Shown: positions 10,327 to 20,547 of the stretch, piece by piece | Position numbering within the stretch: position 1 is the first letter of the stretch | How the letters are laid out: each line of letters begins with the position of its first letter | NCBI GenBank assembly: GCA_963841015.1 | Contig: CAWJAX010000003.1 | Coordinates: 736,001-800,000, forward strand | DNA from: an uncultured Methanoregulaceae archaeon | GTDB taxonomy: Archaea > Halobacteriota > Methanomicrobia > Methanomicrobiales > Methanospirillaceae | Length of the DNA stretch: 64,000 nucleotides | Direction: 5' to 3' | Notes under the pieces: model-generated | What the model was told of the DNA's origin: nothing | The model's input: the letters and a program-made list of their open reading frames with translations, nothing else | The model's database searches: none | Made by a program: the position numbers and the translations under genes

Positions 10327-10447
10327 GGGGGAAATCTGGATCGCAAACCAGTCAGGAAAGTTATTACCTGGTTGTGAATCCCGGACGTTGGTATTCCATG
10401 GGACATACCAGAATATTCCGTAGTAAAAGGAAAGATGAAATAAAGGA

Positions 10448-10654
10448 TTAGTCACCCTTAACCGTAGTGACGCCATCGACCTTGATATAGCGTCTCTTCA
10501 AATTGTGTTTGCTGCCGATAACCGCAAAGGTGCGTTCCTCTGCCTGCTTTGCATTGGGGGCCTCGATTACTTTTGTGTAATGCGCCCACTCTTCACCGTT
10601 CAAAAATGTGCCTTTAACCTCAAACTTCTGATTTTCCGTAACCATATTACTCAC
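10448..10654 (-). CDS. rplX: 50S ribosomal protein L18Ae/LX
   Basis: FEVKG...TKVIEA...[13 protein letters not shown]; follows eIF6; start could be 10645. Confidence 0.92.
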   Translation of the reverse strand: MSNMVTENQKFEVKGTFLNGEEWAHYTKVIEAPNAKQAEERTFAVIGSKHNLKRRYIKVDGVTTVKGD

Positions 10655-11313
10655 TCCAGAAACCCGAATATATCCTCTATTCTGCCCAGTTCAAACCCGC
10701 TTGTCGCATTGCCGGCAATGTAGCCTGTTTCGTTGACTAAAAGACCCGTACCCACAAGCCCGCTGCCCATGTTGATAGTGCCAGTACCGATGGGGATCTT
10801 TGCAACCTCTTCAAGCCGGGCGATCTGGTGGGGAGTAGCCCTCGGGTGAACAATAACTCCCTTGTTGGTTGCAACACCGGCCATACCGACAGTTTTTACG
10901 CCGCCTAATGTCAGGTGGATCACTTCTACTTCCAGAAACTCGCCAATCTCACGTGCAGGCTCCAGGGGCATGTCCTCGTGGACTGCGGCAAAAGTGTCGT
11001 TTGCCATGATCACGTTCCCTGCAGCGTTCATTGAATCCCTTAAAAGCAGGATTTTCCTGTGCTTTTCGAGGCATGCAATTTCTGCTTCAGTAGCAAGTCC
11101 GCTCATGACGATCCCCCTGCTGTTACCGGCAACAAGCGAACCGATAATAGCACTTCCCTGGATTGTTGTTTCCACAAGGTCAACGCCAAGTGCATTGACA
11201 AGTGCCTGTTTGTAGTCATCCGGAGATTCGGGGGGGATGATGGCGATATTTCCCAGAACCCGGGAAAAAACCCCGATGTTCGGATCTCCTGCCAGCGTGA
11301 TCGTTCGTTCCAT
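10651..11313 (-). CDS. eif6: Translation initiation factor 6 (aIF6)
   Basis: [28 protein letters not shown] and [10 protein letters not shown] motifs; start taken at MERTIT. Confidence 0.96.
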   Translation of the reverse strand: MERTITLAGDPNIGVFSRVLGNIAIIPPESPDDYKQALVNALGVDLVETTIQGSAIIGSLVAGNSRGIVMSGLATEAEIACLEKHRKILLLRDSMNAAGNVIMANDTFAAVHEDMPLEPAREIGEFLEVEVIHLTLGGVKTVGMAGVATNKGVIVHPRATPHQIARLEEVAKIPIGTGTINMGSGLVGTGLLVNETGYIAGNATSGFELGRIEDIFGFLE

Positions 11314-11314
11314 C

Positions 11315-11581
11315 TTACGATTCCGGTGCAAGTTCAGCCTGAACCTGCCCGTCCTCCATCTTCATGGCGCGAACCCGGATCTTTGAAGGCGGTTTTGTGC
11401 TGCCCCGGCTCCATACCTTCTCATTGATACCTTTGTCAAGCTTCACATCAGCGCTTTTCATGTGCTTTGCGAGATATTTCCTGATGTCCTTTATGGCGCC
11501 ATTGCTCCGCTTCCAGCGGGGCATCCTGCGTGCATCCCTGAGGGGGATGACATATATATGCTCCTGCAATTTTTCTGCCAT
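11315..11581 (-). CDS. rpl31e: 50S ribosomal protein L31e
   Basis: YVIPLR...RWKRS..AIK...KHMK...[17 protein letters not shown]. Confidence 0.97.
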   Translation of the reverse strand: MAEKLQEHIYVIPLRDARRMPRWKRSNGAIKDIRKYLAKHMKSADVKLDKGINEKVWSRGSTKPPSKIRVRAMKMEDGQVQAELAPES

Positions 11582-11586
11582 GGTTC

Positions 11587-11739
11587 CTACACCTTCAGGT
11601 TACTCTTTCGCCAGTTGCGCCGTTTCGGGTGCGCAACTACTGATCGCTTCGTTCTTACCATTACCCACTGAGGCACACGCCGGTTCTGGTCGCATGCTTT
11701 GGCCAGACGAATCTTTCTGCCTTTGCTTAATTTGCTCAT
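11587..11739 (-). CDS. rpl39e: 50S ribosomal protein L39e (absent from the ORF track, 50 aa)
   Basis: Manual translation [50 protein letters not shown]; GAGGTG RBS; canonical position before rpl31e. Confidence 0.96.
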   Translation of the reverse strand: MSKLSKGRKIRLAKACDQNRRVPQWVMVRTKRSVVAHPKRRNWRKSNLKV

Positions 11740-11755
11740 ATTCCTTCACCTCAGC

Positions 11756-12349
11756 TACTGATTGTATTTTTTTTCCAATGACCAGCGACTGGTCATGATG
11801 CGCCGGGAACAGGCAGGCGGGATCAATACCCCTGGCAGCAACCGCCTCCCGGATCTCGGTTTCGTAATCGCCATTGCTGATCGTTCCTGTTTCTCCGTAT
11901 TTCACGATGAAAAAATGGTCGACCAGCCGGTCAACTTCCGGCTTGACATACCCCAGCAGGGGTCGCACATAGGAACAGCCGGTCCGGTTGCCCAGGCTCT
12001 GCACCTCAGCTCTCGACAGCATCGGCACGCGGTCATTAAACCGGGTGCCATCGCCAACCACGAGGTACTCTGAGGAAAGGGTTTCAACGGCGATCTGGTG
12101 TACGGTATTAATCGCATCATTCGGATATCCGCACGTTTTCACGAGATCCACCATGTCGTCCAGCAATCCTTTGTCAAACACTCTTTTTTTTAAGGGAAAT
12201 CCAAGCACTTGTGCCGCAGTATCCACCGACGGGACCTGGCGGGACGGGTCGAACACGAACATGTTTAGTTCAACCTCGTAATACGTACCCAGCATTATCG
12301 CTGCAAGGGAACTGTCCTTTCCGCCGCTGAAGAGCACTCCTGCCTTCAT
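11756..12349 (-). CDS. PP-loop (adenine nucleotide alpha hydrolase) family protein
   Basis: LFSGGKDSS motif, DGTRFND, DYE; the ORF track reads through rpl39e to 11600, but an A7 in place of the A8 run at 11767-11774 gives GKKYNQ* ending at ~11756. Confidence 0.8.
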
Positions 12350-12688
12350 TACCTTCGCGTAATTGAATAATCACGTTTTTTTGGCGCAAGCTGCCTGAGC
12401 AGTTCCTTGAGCTGCGAATCCGTGATCTTGTTCTTGAGTCGCCCGCTTTGGGCAAGCTGGACGAGCTGCTGTTCTACAGCACCGGCAAAATCCGGTTTCG
12501 TCAGCTTGATGGTGTTCAGGCGTTCCCGGGCATCTGGCTCGAGAATCGACATAAGCATCATCTGCATCTGAGACTTAATACGCTCCTGGCGTTCGAGCCT
12601 CTGCCTGCATTGCCTGTTGATCGCCAGACTGCTGTTGCAGCTGCGCCATCCTGCGTTTGCGGAGTTCATTAAGCTCGTCGTCTCCCAT
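12349..12688 (-). CDS. PDCD5-family DNA-binding protein (frameshift near 12598)
   Basis: MGDDELNELRKRRMAQLQQQ from ATG 12688 joins ILEPDARERLNTIKLTKPDFA after removing one G. Confidence 0.9.
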
Positions 12689-12697
12689 GGGGTTACC

Positions 12698-13307
12698 TCA
12701 CTTCGGTACTTCAGCCTTTTCCGGCTTCTTACCTTCAGCTTTCTTTGCTGCAGGTTTCTTTTCGGCCTTCTCACCTTTTGCGCTCTCAGACTTTCTCGCC
12801 TTTCTCCTTTTTTGCATCGGACTTCTTGCCCTCTGCTTTCTTGGGTTCAGGTTCGGCTGCTGCCTTTGCGCGCTTAGGTACCGGTGCCGGCGGGTTGTTC
12901 TTCACTTCATGAGCCATATTGTCGAGGAACGCCATCCCTGCCGGGGATACTTTACGACCGGTCTTGTCATGGATAACAAGTCCTGCGGCCTCAAGCTGCT
13001 GGAGGGATTTTCGCAGGATGGACCCACTGCCCTTCCTGAATGCATTGGGCTTTGAACCCCGGTTCTTTTTCCCGCCGTAAAAACTCCGCATCCTCTCGAC
13101 GCCCAGGGGACCATCGACATAGACACGCCTCAACACTGCCGCAACCCGGACATACCACCAGTCCGGATCTTCGGGCGGCATTTCTTTGTGTGCCCCGGTC
13201 TTTGCAAAAGCGGCCCAGGGTGGGGGAGTAATTTCCTTATGTTTCCTGAGCTCCTCTGCGACCTTCCTGATAAGGTGGTCAGCCGAAGCATCGAATACTG
13301 TTGTCAT
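12698..13307 (-). CDS. rps19e: 30S ribosomal protein S19e with Lys/Ala/Glu-rich C-terminal tail
   Basis: PPWAAFAKTG.HKE.PP..PDWWYVR and GSGSILRKSLQQLE motifs; ORF stops at 12786, but the tail continues in another frame to TGA 12698 (probable extra A near 12792). Confidence 0.95.
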
Positions 13308-13420
13308 CTAGAGACCTCACTGTTGAATTATTCAATAACAGTCTTTACTTATTTGTGGATAAGGTTTTTATATATTTCGAGAAGCGGAACTCCTCAGGGG
13401 ATTTTTAAGAAAAAAACGTA

Positions 13421-13672
13421 TTATTTTTTGCCTGTTTTATTTTTTTCCTCCAGCACCATGGTCCTTCCCCGCACCTCAACGAGCCGTGCCCGTGCCTGTG
13501 AAGCCACCTCTTCCGGGTCAACCTCGATATTCTGCAGCCATTTGACTTTGATCATCTTTCGTTTTTTGAGCTGTTCCACGATCTCATCGATCATGGTTGC
13601 GGTACAGCCCTGTTTGCCGATCCAGACGGTCGGTTTGAGGTCCTGCATTGATCGGTCAGGTTGACGGGACAT
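13421..13672 (-). CDS. YhbY/CRM RNA-binding protein
   Basis: LKPTVWIGKQG, MIKVK and VRGRTMVL motifs. Confidence 0.92.
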   Translation of the reverse strand: MSRQPDRSMQDLKPTVWIGKQGCTATMIDEIVEQLKKRKMIKVKWLQNIEVDPEEVASQARARLVEVRGRTMVLEEKNKTGKK

Positions 13673-13982
13673 TCGTTCTCACCACACGGATTCGTGTTTT
13701 TTTATTACAGGCATGACAGGTTATCACGACAGTGCCGCGGTGCACCCGCACCCGCATATTCTTTCCTGGTACCAGGAACGTATAGCAGTGATGGCAGAAC
13801 TGGCGGCGGAATTGCCGTTCAATCCTGATCCGCTGTCGCATGGCGATTTTCCGTGCCAGATCGACATAGCGGTTACTCCGTTCCGGGTGGGTACCGAACG
13901 CATCCTTCGCCTGCCCGAACAGGATCTCGATACGTTCCCGGGCAATCTTTTTTGTGACGGGGTTGCGGGATCGTTCTTTCAT
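13656..13982 (-). CDS. rnp4: RNase P protein component 4 (Rpr2/Rpp21)
   Basis: IARERIEIL, RYVDLARKIAMR, CHHC..LVPG...CHAC. Confidence 0.95.
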   Translation of the reverse strand: MKERSRNPVTKKIARERIEILFGQAKDAFGTHPERSNRYVDLARKIAMRQRIRIERQFRRQFCHHCYTFLVPGKNMRVRVHRGTVVITCHACNKKTRIRVVRTNVPST

Positions 13983-14087
13983 GGTCTCGTGATATTCCCT
14001 GATAGTTGTGCTAAACTATCAGCGTGTAGGATAAAAAAGGAACGGTGAGTGGCCTTATACCTGGATCTGCCGTTTGAAAAGTAAATT

Positions 14088-14702
14088 TCATCGGATTCTG
14101 ACCGTTCTTCCGACAATTTCCAGCCGGTCCTCACAAAACAGCCTGATTGCCTCCGGAAAACACTCATGCTCGTGTTGTAAGATCCGGTCGGCGAGGGAAT
14201 CTTCATCATCACCATCCATAACCACCACAGCCTGCTGGAGGATGATGGGGCCCCCGTCAAGACTTTCATCCACGAAATGCACCGTGCACCCGGACACTTT
14301 CACGCCATAATGTACTGCCTGTCGCTGGGCATGCAGCCCGGTGAAGCTGGGAAGGAGGGCCGGGTGGATATTCATCATTTTTCCCGGAAACGCCCGTACA
14401 ATTCCTGCACCAAGGATCCGCATGTAGCCTGCCAGCACGTAAAGATCAGCATCGACCTCCTGCATTGCAGAGAGGAGTGCCCGTTCGTACACATCCCGCG
14501 AGGAGAATGTGGCGTAATCGATAATTCTGACCGGAATGCCGGCTTTTTTTGCCCGCTCAATCGCATATGCTTTCGGATTATCGGTAATAAGCGCAACACA
14601 GGTTGCAGGGATTTTTTCATCTTTTATTGCATCGACCACCGCCTGGAAATTCGAACCCCTGCCTGATGCCAGCACCGCAATGCGTTTTTTCATTCTGTCC
14701 AT
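14088..14702 (-). CDS. purN: Phosphoribosylglycinamide formyltransferase
   Basis: ASGRGSN, LAGYMRIL, NIHPALLP and HFVDESLDGGPII motifs. Confidence 0.96.
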   Translation of the reverse strand: MDRMKKRIAVLASGRGSNFQAVVDAIKDEKIPATCVALITDNPKAYAIERAKKAGIPVRIIDYATFSSRDVYERALLSAMQEVDADLYVLAGYMRILGAGIVRAFPGKMMNIHPALLPSFTGLHAQRQAVHYGVKVSGCTVHFVDESLDGGPIILQQAVVVMDGDDEDSLADRILQHEHECFPEAIRLFCEDRLEIVGRTVRIR

Positions 14703-14733
14703 CCTCTGAAAATACGAATAACCATGAATTGCC

Positions 14734-16005
14734 CTAAACGATCTCTTTACCGGCGGATGGATGAATCACAACCTTCACTTTCACGATCCGCCGGCCGTGC
14801 ATCTGCATAACAACCAGGGTAATCTTCCCGTCATTAATTTCAACCTTTTCCCCGGGGTGCAGGGGAATATGTCCCAAACGGTCGATAATAAGGCCCCCGA
14901 CTGTCTCGTAAGACTCATCGACGGGAAGATCTATCTCTATTCGCTCGTTGATGTCCTCAACCCACATCTGAGCATCGACAACAAAGACACCATCGGAAAG
15001 ATTCTGAATTTCCGGTTCCTCCTTGTCATATTCGTCCATAATATCCCCGACGATTTCTTCAAGAATATCCTCGACAGTAACAATCCCGACAAAACTGCTG
15101 TACTCATCGATTACAATTGCCATCTGAACACGGTGCACCTGGAGTTCTTTTAATAAATCATCGATCTTTTTTGTTTCAGGGACAAACATGGGGTCATACA
15201 TGATCTCTTTTATGGTAGAATCCCTGCGATGCGAGACCATTGCTGAAAATACATCCTTTACGTTCAGAATCCCGGTGATGTTGTCTATATGATCATGGTA
15301 AACCGGAATCCGTGAAAACCCGGTTTCATTAAAGATCCGGATCGCCTCTTCAAAAGTAACGGTATCCTCCATGAGGGTGACATCAACCCTGGGGGTCATG
15401 ATCTCACGGGCAGTGGTGTCAGAAAACTCGAGCACTGAGTACAGCATTTCCTGCTCCCCCTGTTCAATGGTGCCATCTTCCTTGCCGACATCAATCCATT
15501 CCTTGATCTCCTCTTCAGTCACTGACGCTTCACCCACCTCCTTGCCAATGCCAAACGTCGGGCTTACCTTTTCAACGAGCCATATCAGGGGGGAGAAAAT
15601 TCGGGAGAGGAACAGGATAACAGGTGCAACCGTGAGTGCAAACGAATCCGATGCCCTGGCTGCATAAATCTTGGGTCCGATCTCACCAAAGACCAGAAGA
15701 ACAATGACTACAAAAAAGGTCGCGATTCCAACACCAATATCTCCGAATGCCTTTATCGCGATGGAAGTTGCAAGGGTTGCAGCCGCAACATTGACAATAT
15801 TGTTCCCAATCAGAATCGTGATAAGCAGGTGTTCAGGGGATTCTTTTAATTCCGCAACAGCCTTTGAACCCGGCTTCCCTTCATTGACGAGAGTTCTCAC
15901 CTTTGCCCGGGTAATAGATATGAGGGCAACTTCCGAGCTGGAAAAAAACGCTGAAAGAATGACGCAGAGAACGAAGAGCAGGATTTCAACAGCGTCCTGG
16001 ATCAT
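14734..16005 (-). CDS. HlyC/CorC (CNNM) family protein: DUF21-CBS-CBS-CorC
   Basis: SAFFSSSEVAL, ILIGNNIVN, GEIGPK, FSRIPVY, VIDEY and TVEDILEEIVGDI motifs. Confidence 0.93.
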   Translation of the reverse strand: MIQDAVEILLFVLCVILSAFFSSSEVALISITRAKVRTLVNEGKPGSKAVAELKESPEHLLITILIGNNIVNVAAATLATSIAIKAFGDIGVGIATFFVVIVLLVFGEIGPKIYAARASDSFALTVAPVILFLSRIFSPLIWLVEKVSPTFGIGKEVGEASVTEEEIKEWIDVGKEDGTIEQGEQEMLYSVLEFSDTTAREIMTPRVDVTLMEDTVTFEEAIRIFNETGFSRIPVYHDHIDNITGILNVKDVFSAMVSHRRDSTIKEIMYDPMFVPETKKIDDLLKELQVHRVQMAIVIDEYSSFVGIVTVEDILEEIVGDIMDEYDKEEPEIQNLSDGVFVVDAQMWVEDINERIEIDLPVDESYETVGGLIIDRLGHIPLHPGEKVEINDGKITLVVMQMHGRRIVKVKVVIHPSAGKEIV

Positions 16006-16100
16006 CGCATTTCACGCTGTGCTGGTGCACGCAGATTATTTCGGATCATAAATAAAAATACACTATCCTATTCGGAATGGAATTTAATAAAACCAGCGCT

Positions 16101-16922
16101 TCATTCCATGCATTCCCGCATAAAAACACAATCACGTGCCAGCAGTTCTATCTTTTTCTCCGCTGAAAGAGGATGGTCGAGATTTAAATCCTCGATCTCA
16201 AGAGTCAGGCTGCCGTGATAATGGTGGTCTTTTAAACATTCCATCACGGTTACCATGGAAGCATGACGGTCAAGAGGGAAATGTGCTTTACCATGATCAA
16301 AACGGCTGAGGTGCACGTTCACAAGCCGGTCGTGACAGAGTTCGATATACCGGACCACCTCGCTATCGGATTTGGAAAGCGCATGCGCAACGTCAAGTGT
16401 GAAGAACAGCCACGGTTCCTCATCAAGGAGTACCCGCATGCGTTCCGGGGTGCAGAGAAGTGAGTTGACTATCGGTTCCATATTCTCCATACCGATTTTT
16501 ATTGAATTCCGGGTCGCTGCCTCACGGAGTGCCGAAACATAGTGATCGAACCGGGCAAAGTCCGCAGAACTGGGCGGCCGCTTTGCAGTCCGCCTGCCCG
16601 GGTGCACGGTCAGGATATGGGCCCCCATCTGTTCGGCAATCGAAATGGACCTGACTGCATATTCAACAGACACTTTTGCCACATCCGGATTAATGGAACA
16701 GGGATTCAGATCTAAAATCGGGGAATGAACCGTCAGTGCAGAAATTTCAGGGTGCTCGTTCCTGCACGCGATCACCTCGTCCACGGGCAGGTCACGAAGC
16801 CAGAAATGCGGGGTCTCTAACCAGAACTCCAGCGCATTTAAACCCGCTCGGGACACAAACGTGAATATCTCGTTTACGGTGTACTCGTGAAAGAACATGC
16901 TCGAGACGGAAAACGACACCAT
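16101..16922 (-). CDS. Sugar phosphate isomerase/epimerase (AP endonuclease 2 TIM-barrel) family
   Basis: HPG, MENM, LDVAH, HLS and TLE metal-binding pattern. Confidence 0.85.
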   Translation of the reverse strand: MVSFSVSSMFFHEYTVNEIFTFVSRAGLNALEFWLETPHFWLRDLPVDEVIACRNEHPEISALTVHSPILDLNPCSINPDVAKVSVEYAVRSISIAEQMGAHILTVHPGRRTAKRPPSSADFARFDHYVSALREAATRNSIKIGMENMEPIVNSLLCTPERMRVLLDEEPWLFFTLDVAHALSKSDSEVVRYIELCHDRLVNVHLSRFDHGKAHFPLDRHASMVTVMECLKDHHYHGSLTLEIEDLNLDHPLSAEKKIELLARDCVFMRECME

Positions 16923-16960
16923 GGCAGTACATTTGATATGCGGTTTTAGCCTAATAATGG

Positions 16961-18214
16961 TTGATGGACTGGTTCAACCGCCCCGATGCCGCTGCTATTG
17001 TTGAAACGGAACCGTTACGGGTTTCCGAGCTGTCAGCGATTATCGAGGGCCTCCTTGATAATCCGCTCCTGCAGGACATCCGTGTCCGTGGAGAAGTGAC
17101 CAATTATACCCATCATGCACGGGGACATCGTTACTTCTCGCTATCGGAAAAAGGCGGGGGAAATACGGCAGCGGTGATAAAATGTGTCATGTGGCGGTCA
17201 GATGCGGATCGGCTGTCTTTTAATCCCGTTGAGGGGATGGAGATAATCGTCGCCGGGACGGTAAGGGCTTATGCTCCGCATGGGTCGTACCAGCTGCAGG
17301 TCAAAGAGATGAGAAAAGCCGGGCTGGGGGAGAAATTCCTGCTTGTCGAACAGTGGAAAAAGCAGCTTGAAGCCGAGGGTTGTTTTTCTCTGGAACGGAA
17401 ACGCTGCCTCCCCACGTTCCCGGCACGAATCGGTGTGGTTACTTCAGAAACGGGGGCAGTAATCCACGATATAAGGACCGTTGTTGGAAGACGGTACCCT
17501 CTGGAAATTATCATTTCACCCACGGCAGTTCAGGGTGAGCAGGCACACCGGGAGATAGCCGGTGCGATTACCCGCCTTGCGGGGATGGTGGAGGTGGTCA
17601 TCGTTGCCCGGGGTGGGGGGACCTTTGAGGATTTATTCCCCTTCAACCATCCGGATGTAGTGCGGGCTATTGTTGCGTGCCCTGTTCCGGTCGTCAGCGC
17701 AATCGGGCATGAAGTGGATGTAACGCTCAGCGATCTCGCTGCAGACCTCCGGGCAGCTACCCCGTCTGCCGCAGCAGAACTGGTGGTACCGGACCGTATT
17801 GTGCTGACAACCCGGTTACAGGAACTCAAATCCCTGCTGAATACTTCGTTGCAGGCCCGGGTTGCATGGGCACGGGATGAAGTTGCCGATATGCGGGACC
17901 GGCTCCGCCCGCAGCGGTTCAGTCGGAAACTCGAAGAGAGAACACAAAACATGGCAGACCTTTCGGACAGGCTCGAACGGGCTTTTTCAAACCGGCTCGG
18001 TCGCGAACACCTGCTTCTTGCGGAGATGAAAACTGCACTCGACAGCAGGAACCCGCTCGCCGTCCTTGCCCGGGGTTACTGTGTTGCAGAGAAGCAGGGC
18101 GAGGTTGTACGGAGCTCAGACGCCATAACAACGGGAGATCGCATGAAAATCAGGTTTTATAATGGCAGTAGCCAGGTATTCGTGGAGCGTGTGGATCATG
18201 AAAGAAACCTATGA
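16961..18214 (+). CDS. xseA: Exodeoxyribonuclease VII large subunit
   Basis: GEVTN..HRYFSL OB fold, IGVVTSETGAVIHD, ARGGG, SAIGHEVD and TPSAAAE motifs. Confidence 0.95.
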   Translation: MMDWFNRPDAAAIVETEPLRVSELSAIIEGLLDNPLLQDIRVRGEVTNYTHHARGHRYFSLSEKGGGNTAAVIKCVMWRSDADRLSFNPVEGMEIIVAGTVRAYAPHGSYQLQVKEMRKAGLGEKFLLVEQWKKQLEAEGCFSLERKRCLPTFPARIGVVTSETGAVIHDIRTVVGRRYPLEIIISPTAVQGEQAHREIAGAITRLAGMVEVVIVARGGGTFEDLFPFNHPDVVRAIVACPVPVVSAIGHEVDVTLSDLAADLRAATPSAAAELVVPDRIVLTTRLQELKSLLNTSLQARVAWARDEVADMRDRLRPQRFSRKLEERTQNMADLSDRLERAFSNRLGREHLLLAEMKTALDSRNPLAVLARGYCVAEKQGEVVRSSDAITTGDRMKIRFYNGSSQVFVERVDHERNL

Positions 18215-18383
18215 AACAAAGATAGAACACTTACGGCAGATCATTGAAAAAATCGATGACGGTAACACCAGTCTTGATGAGAGTATGAAGCTGTATGAAC
18301 AGGGTGCAGCGCTGGTAAAACAGTGTGAGATACTGCTTACCGAAGCTGAATTAAAAATTACCACGCTCAGCCGGGACGTATAG
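18198..18383 (+). CDS. xseB: Exodeoxyribonuclease VII small subunit
   Basis: TYE..IEHL..IIEKID.G..SLDESMKLYEQG..LVKQC...L..AE; overlaps the xseA stop. Confidence 0.93.
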   Translation: MKETYETKIEHLRQIIEKIDDGNTSLDESMKLYEQGAALVKQCEILLTEAELKITTLSRDV

Positions 18384-18795
18384 CGGTCAGGGTAACAAGC
18401 ATTTCGTTTCCCGCGGCAAGGTGTTCGATGAGTGATTTTGGCAGGGTTGCCGCTACGTGATCGGACATAATGCCGATTGTCCGCCCGCAGACAAAGGAGC
18501 TCCGTCGCCAGACTATGTCGGTCGGATGATCCAGGGCGAATTTAAAAGAACCTCGTGATTTCACCTCGATGGTCACCCCCTCACACGAGAGCAGGGTAAT
18601 AAGAACCGCATCATCATGGGAAAGCACCCGTTTGAATTCCGGTGAAAGCCCGTTGCAGCCTTTGTCCGCCGAAATACCGATAATGCAGTTACCATTTTTC
18701 GTGAGATGATCCTCGCGGGTCACCTCAAATGTTGTCGGATGGGTACCAAGAACGATTGGGTGCCCCCGGCAATGGATGATCTCCTGAGCCTCCAT
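18367..18795 (-). CDS. DUF371 domain protein
   Basis: GHPIVLGTHPTTFEVTRE.HLT..GNCIIG.ADK motif. Confidence 0.88.
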   Translation of the reverse strand: MEAQEIIHCRGHPIVLGTHPTTFEVTREDHLTKNGNCIIGISADKGCNGLSPEFKRVLSHDDAVLITLLSCEGVTIEVKSRGSFKFALDHPTDIVWRRSSFVCGRTIGIMSDHVAATLPKSLIEHLAAGNEMLVTLTAIRPG

Positions 18796-18827
18796 GTTTA
18801 TCATGTGAGGGTTGCCATTGATATTCA

Positions 18828-19404
18828 ATGTTTATAACCGTCTACTGCCCTGAGTGCACTGATGAGACCGAACATGACGTGGTCACTGAATCCCGCGATC
18901 TGCTCGTCCGCTGCACCACCTGCGGCCACCACCAGCGCATCAAAAAGGATAAAGAACCCCAGTCGATCGTGGTCAAAACGATTGTCTCAAAAGAGGGAAC
19001 ATCGCTTGTCTGCGGGATTGAACTTGCCGAGGATGAGGAATGCAGCGTTGGTGACCATCTTGTAGCAGAGTGTGGGGAAGACGCGTTTGGCGTTGAAGTA
19101 TCCTCAATTGAGTCCGGGGAGAAACGGGTAAACCGGGCAAAAGCACCCGATATCACAACGCTGTGGACCCGGACAATTGAACAGGTGGTTGTAAAAATCT
19201 CCATTCATGACGGCAGAAAAACAGACTCCTGTCTATATGGAATGCGACGGGGAGCAGCCGTTTGTGGTGGGGGAGATGTATGTCGCATCAGGAAAGAGGT
19301 TCAAAGTCTCGCACCTTAAACTGCGTGACGGTCCTCTGATGAGAAAGGAAGGGTGGAAAACCGTCGCCCACCGTATCAAGCGGATCTACGGTTACCGGTT
19401 ATAG
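18828..19404 (+). CDS. Archaeal Zn-finger protein, HVO_0476-like (frameshift near 19224)
   Basis: CPEC..ETEH...VRCTTCGH and EVSSIE...LWTR; second ORF 19207-19404 supplies the IKRIYG C-terminus. Confidence 0.8.
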
Positions 19405-19664
19405 ATTTTTTTTAATGCTGCCGTGAGTTGTTCTGCGTGAACAACCCCTTCGAAACGCTCCAGAAGGATTCCCTCTTCAAGAATCACTATTGTAGGGGTT
19501 ACCTTCAACAGAAATTCCTTGATGTACTGAGGATTTTTTGTCGCATCGATCTCCTCAATAGTGATATTGAGAGAGTTTCCTACTTCTGTATTGATCGGGG
19601 TCTGCTCCATGCATCCCATGCACCCCGGCTGGTAAAAACAGATCACACGCACTACCATGAACAT
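19392..19664 (-). CDS. Thioredoxin family protein
   Basis: CMGC active site and VTPT cis-Pro motif; start at 19664 or 19658. Confidence 0.88.
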   Translation of the reverse strand: MFMVVRVICFYQPGCMGCMEQTPINTEVGNSLNITIEEIDATKNPQYIKEFLLKVTPTIVILEEGILLERFEGVVHAEQLTAALKKIYNR

Positions 19665-19704
19665 GAGTAGACTGCGATACTTAAAAAAAGAGTTTGTGTA
19701 ATTT

Positions 19705-20394
19705 TTACTGTTTGTTGATACTGACAACCCGGACATCAATCACGGGAAAGCTGAAATCAACAACAATACCTTCGGGAGACTTGTTTGCCACGTCACCGAT
19801 TCTTAAGTAAGAGTTTGCCGAGGTAATATTTGCTGCAGCTTCCGGATTATCAGAAACGCCCATAAAGAAACTGTCTCCTATAGTGATATCACTGAGGTTG
19901 ATCTTGTTGAGAGCGAGCCGTTCGGCTGACCAGTCATAGGTCATCGGTACATTTGAGGAAATTGGAATCCGTTTCTGCTCATTGACCCTCATTCCGATAA
20001 TCCCCGAGCTTAACGCATTATATTCCGAGGAAAATAGCGCGAGCTGCTGAACTTTCCCCCCATTTGAAGGATACACCATGATAGAGTAAATTGGCTTTTC
20101 CATTGTCTGGTTAGCAGTGATAGTAATCTGCTTAGACCCAAAAACTCCACTGCCTTGCGCCACTGCCTGAGCATAGGTTGATTGTTCCGTAGTAACAATG
20201 GGTTTTCCGGCAGCATCAAAAAGTGTATAGTCAATGACAACCGTATCCCCGGCTTTTACTGAGGTAAAAATAGTCAGCCAGCTGGAACCCATACCGGAAA
20301 GTATCATGAGCCCGACAAAAAGCACACAGACACACACAATAAGTATCTTACTCACCAGTTTCGTCGTTTCCTCTTTTTTTTTCTTTGTTCCCAT
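19705..20394 (-). CDS. Membrane-anchored FKBP-like protein
   Basis: N-terminal TM helix; GDTVVIDYTL, GIIGM.VNEQK and VVDF resemble long FKBP/SlyD. Confidence 0.6.
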   Translation of the reverse strand: MGTKKKKEETTKLVSKILIVCVCVLFVGLMILSGMGSSWLTIFTSVKAGDTVVIDYTLFDAAGKPIVTTEQSTYAQAVAQGSGVFGSKQITITANQTMEKPIYSIMVYPSNGGKVQQLALFSSEYNALSSGIIGMRVNEQKRIPISSNVPMTYDWSAERLALNKINLSDITIGDSFFMGVSDNPEAAANITSANSYLRIGDVANKSPEGIVVDFSFPVIDVRVVSINKQ

Positions 20395-20547
20395 GCTTTT
20401 TAGTTCCTCCTTACTACATCATTGTCCAACCGACATAAACTATTCCGCTCCTTTTTGGCTCGATGAAAAAGTTTATCAGAAATAAACACTACCATAAAGT
20501 TAACCCATCTTTTGGAATGATGGGCAACCAGAAAGAGAGGAATGCAT

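Noticed and set aside
11600-11755. Genuine long overlap of the PP-loop ORF with rpl39e
   Set aside because: Explained by one extra A in an A8 run; the corrected ORF stops just before the rpl39e RBS
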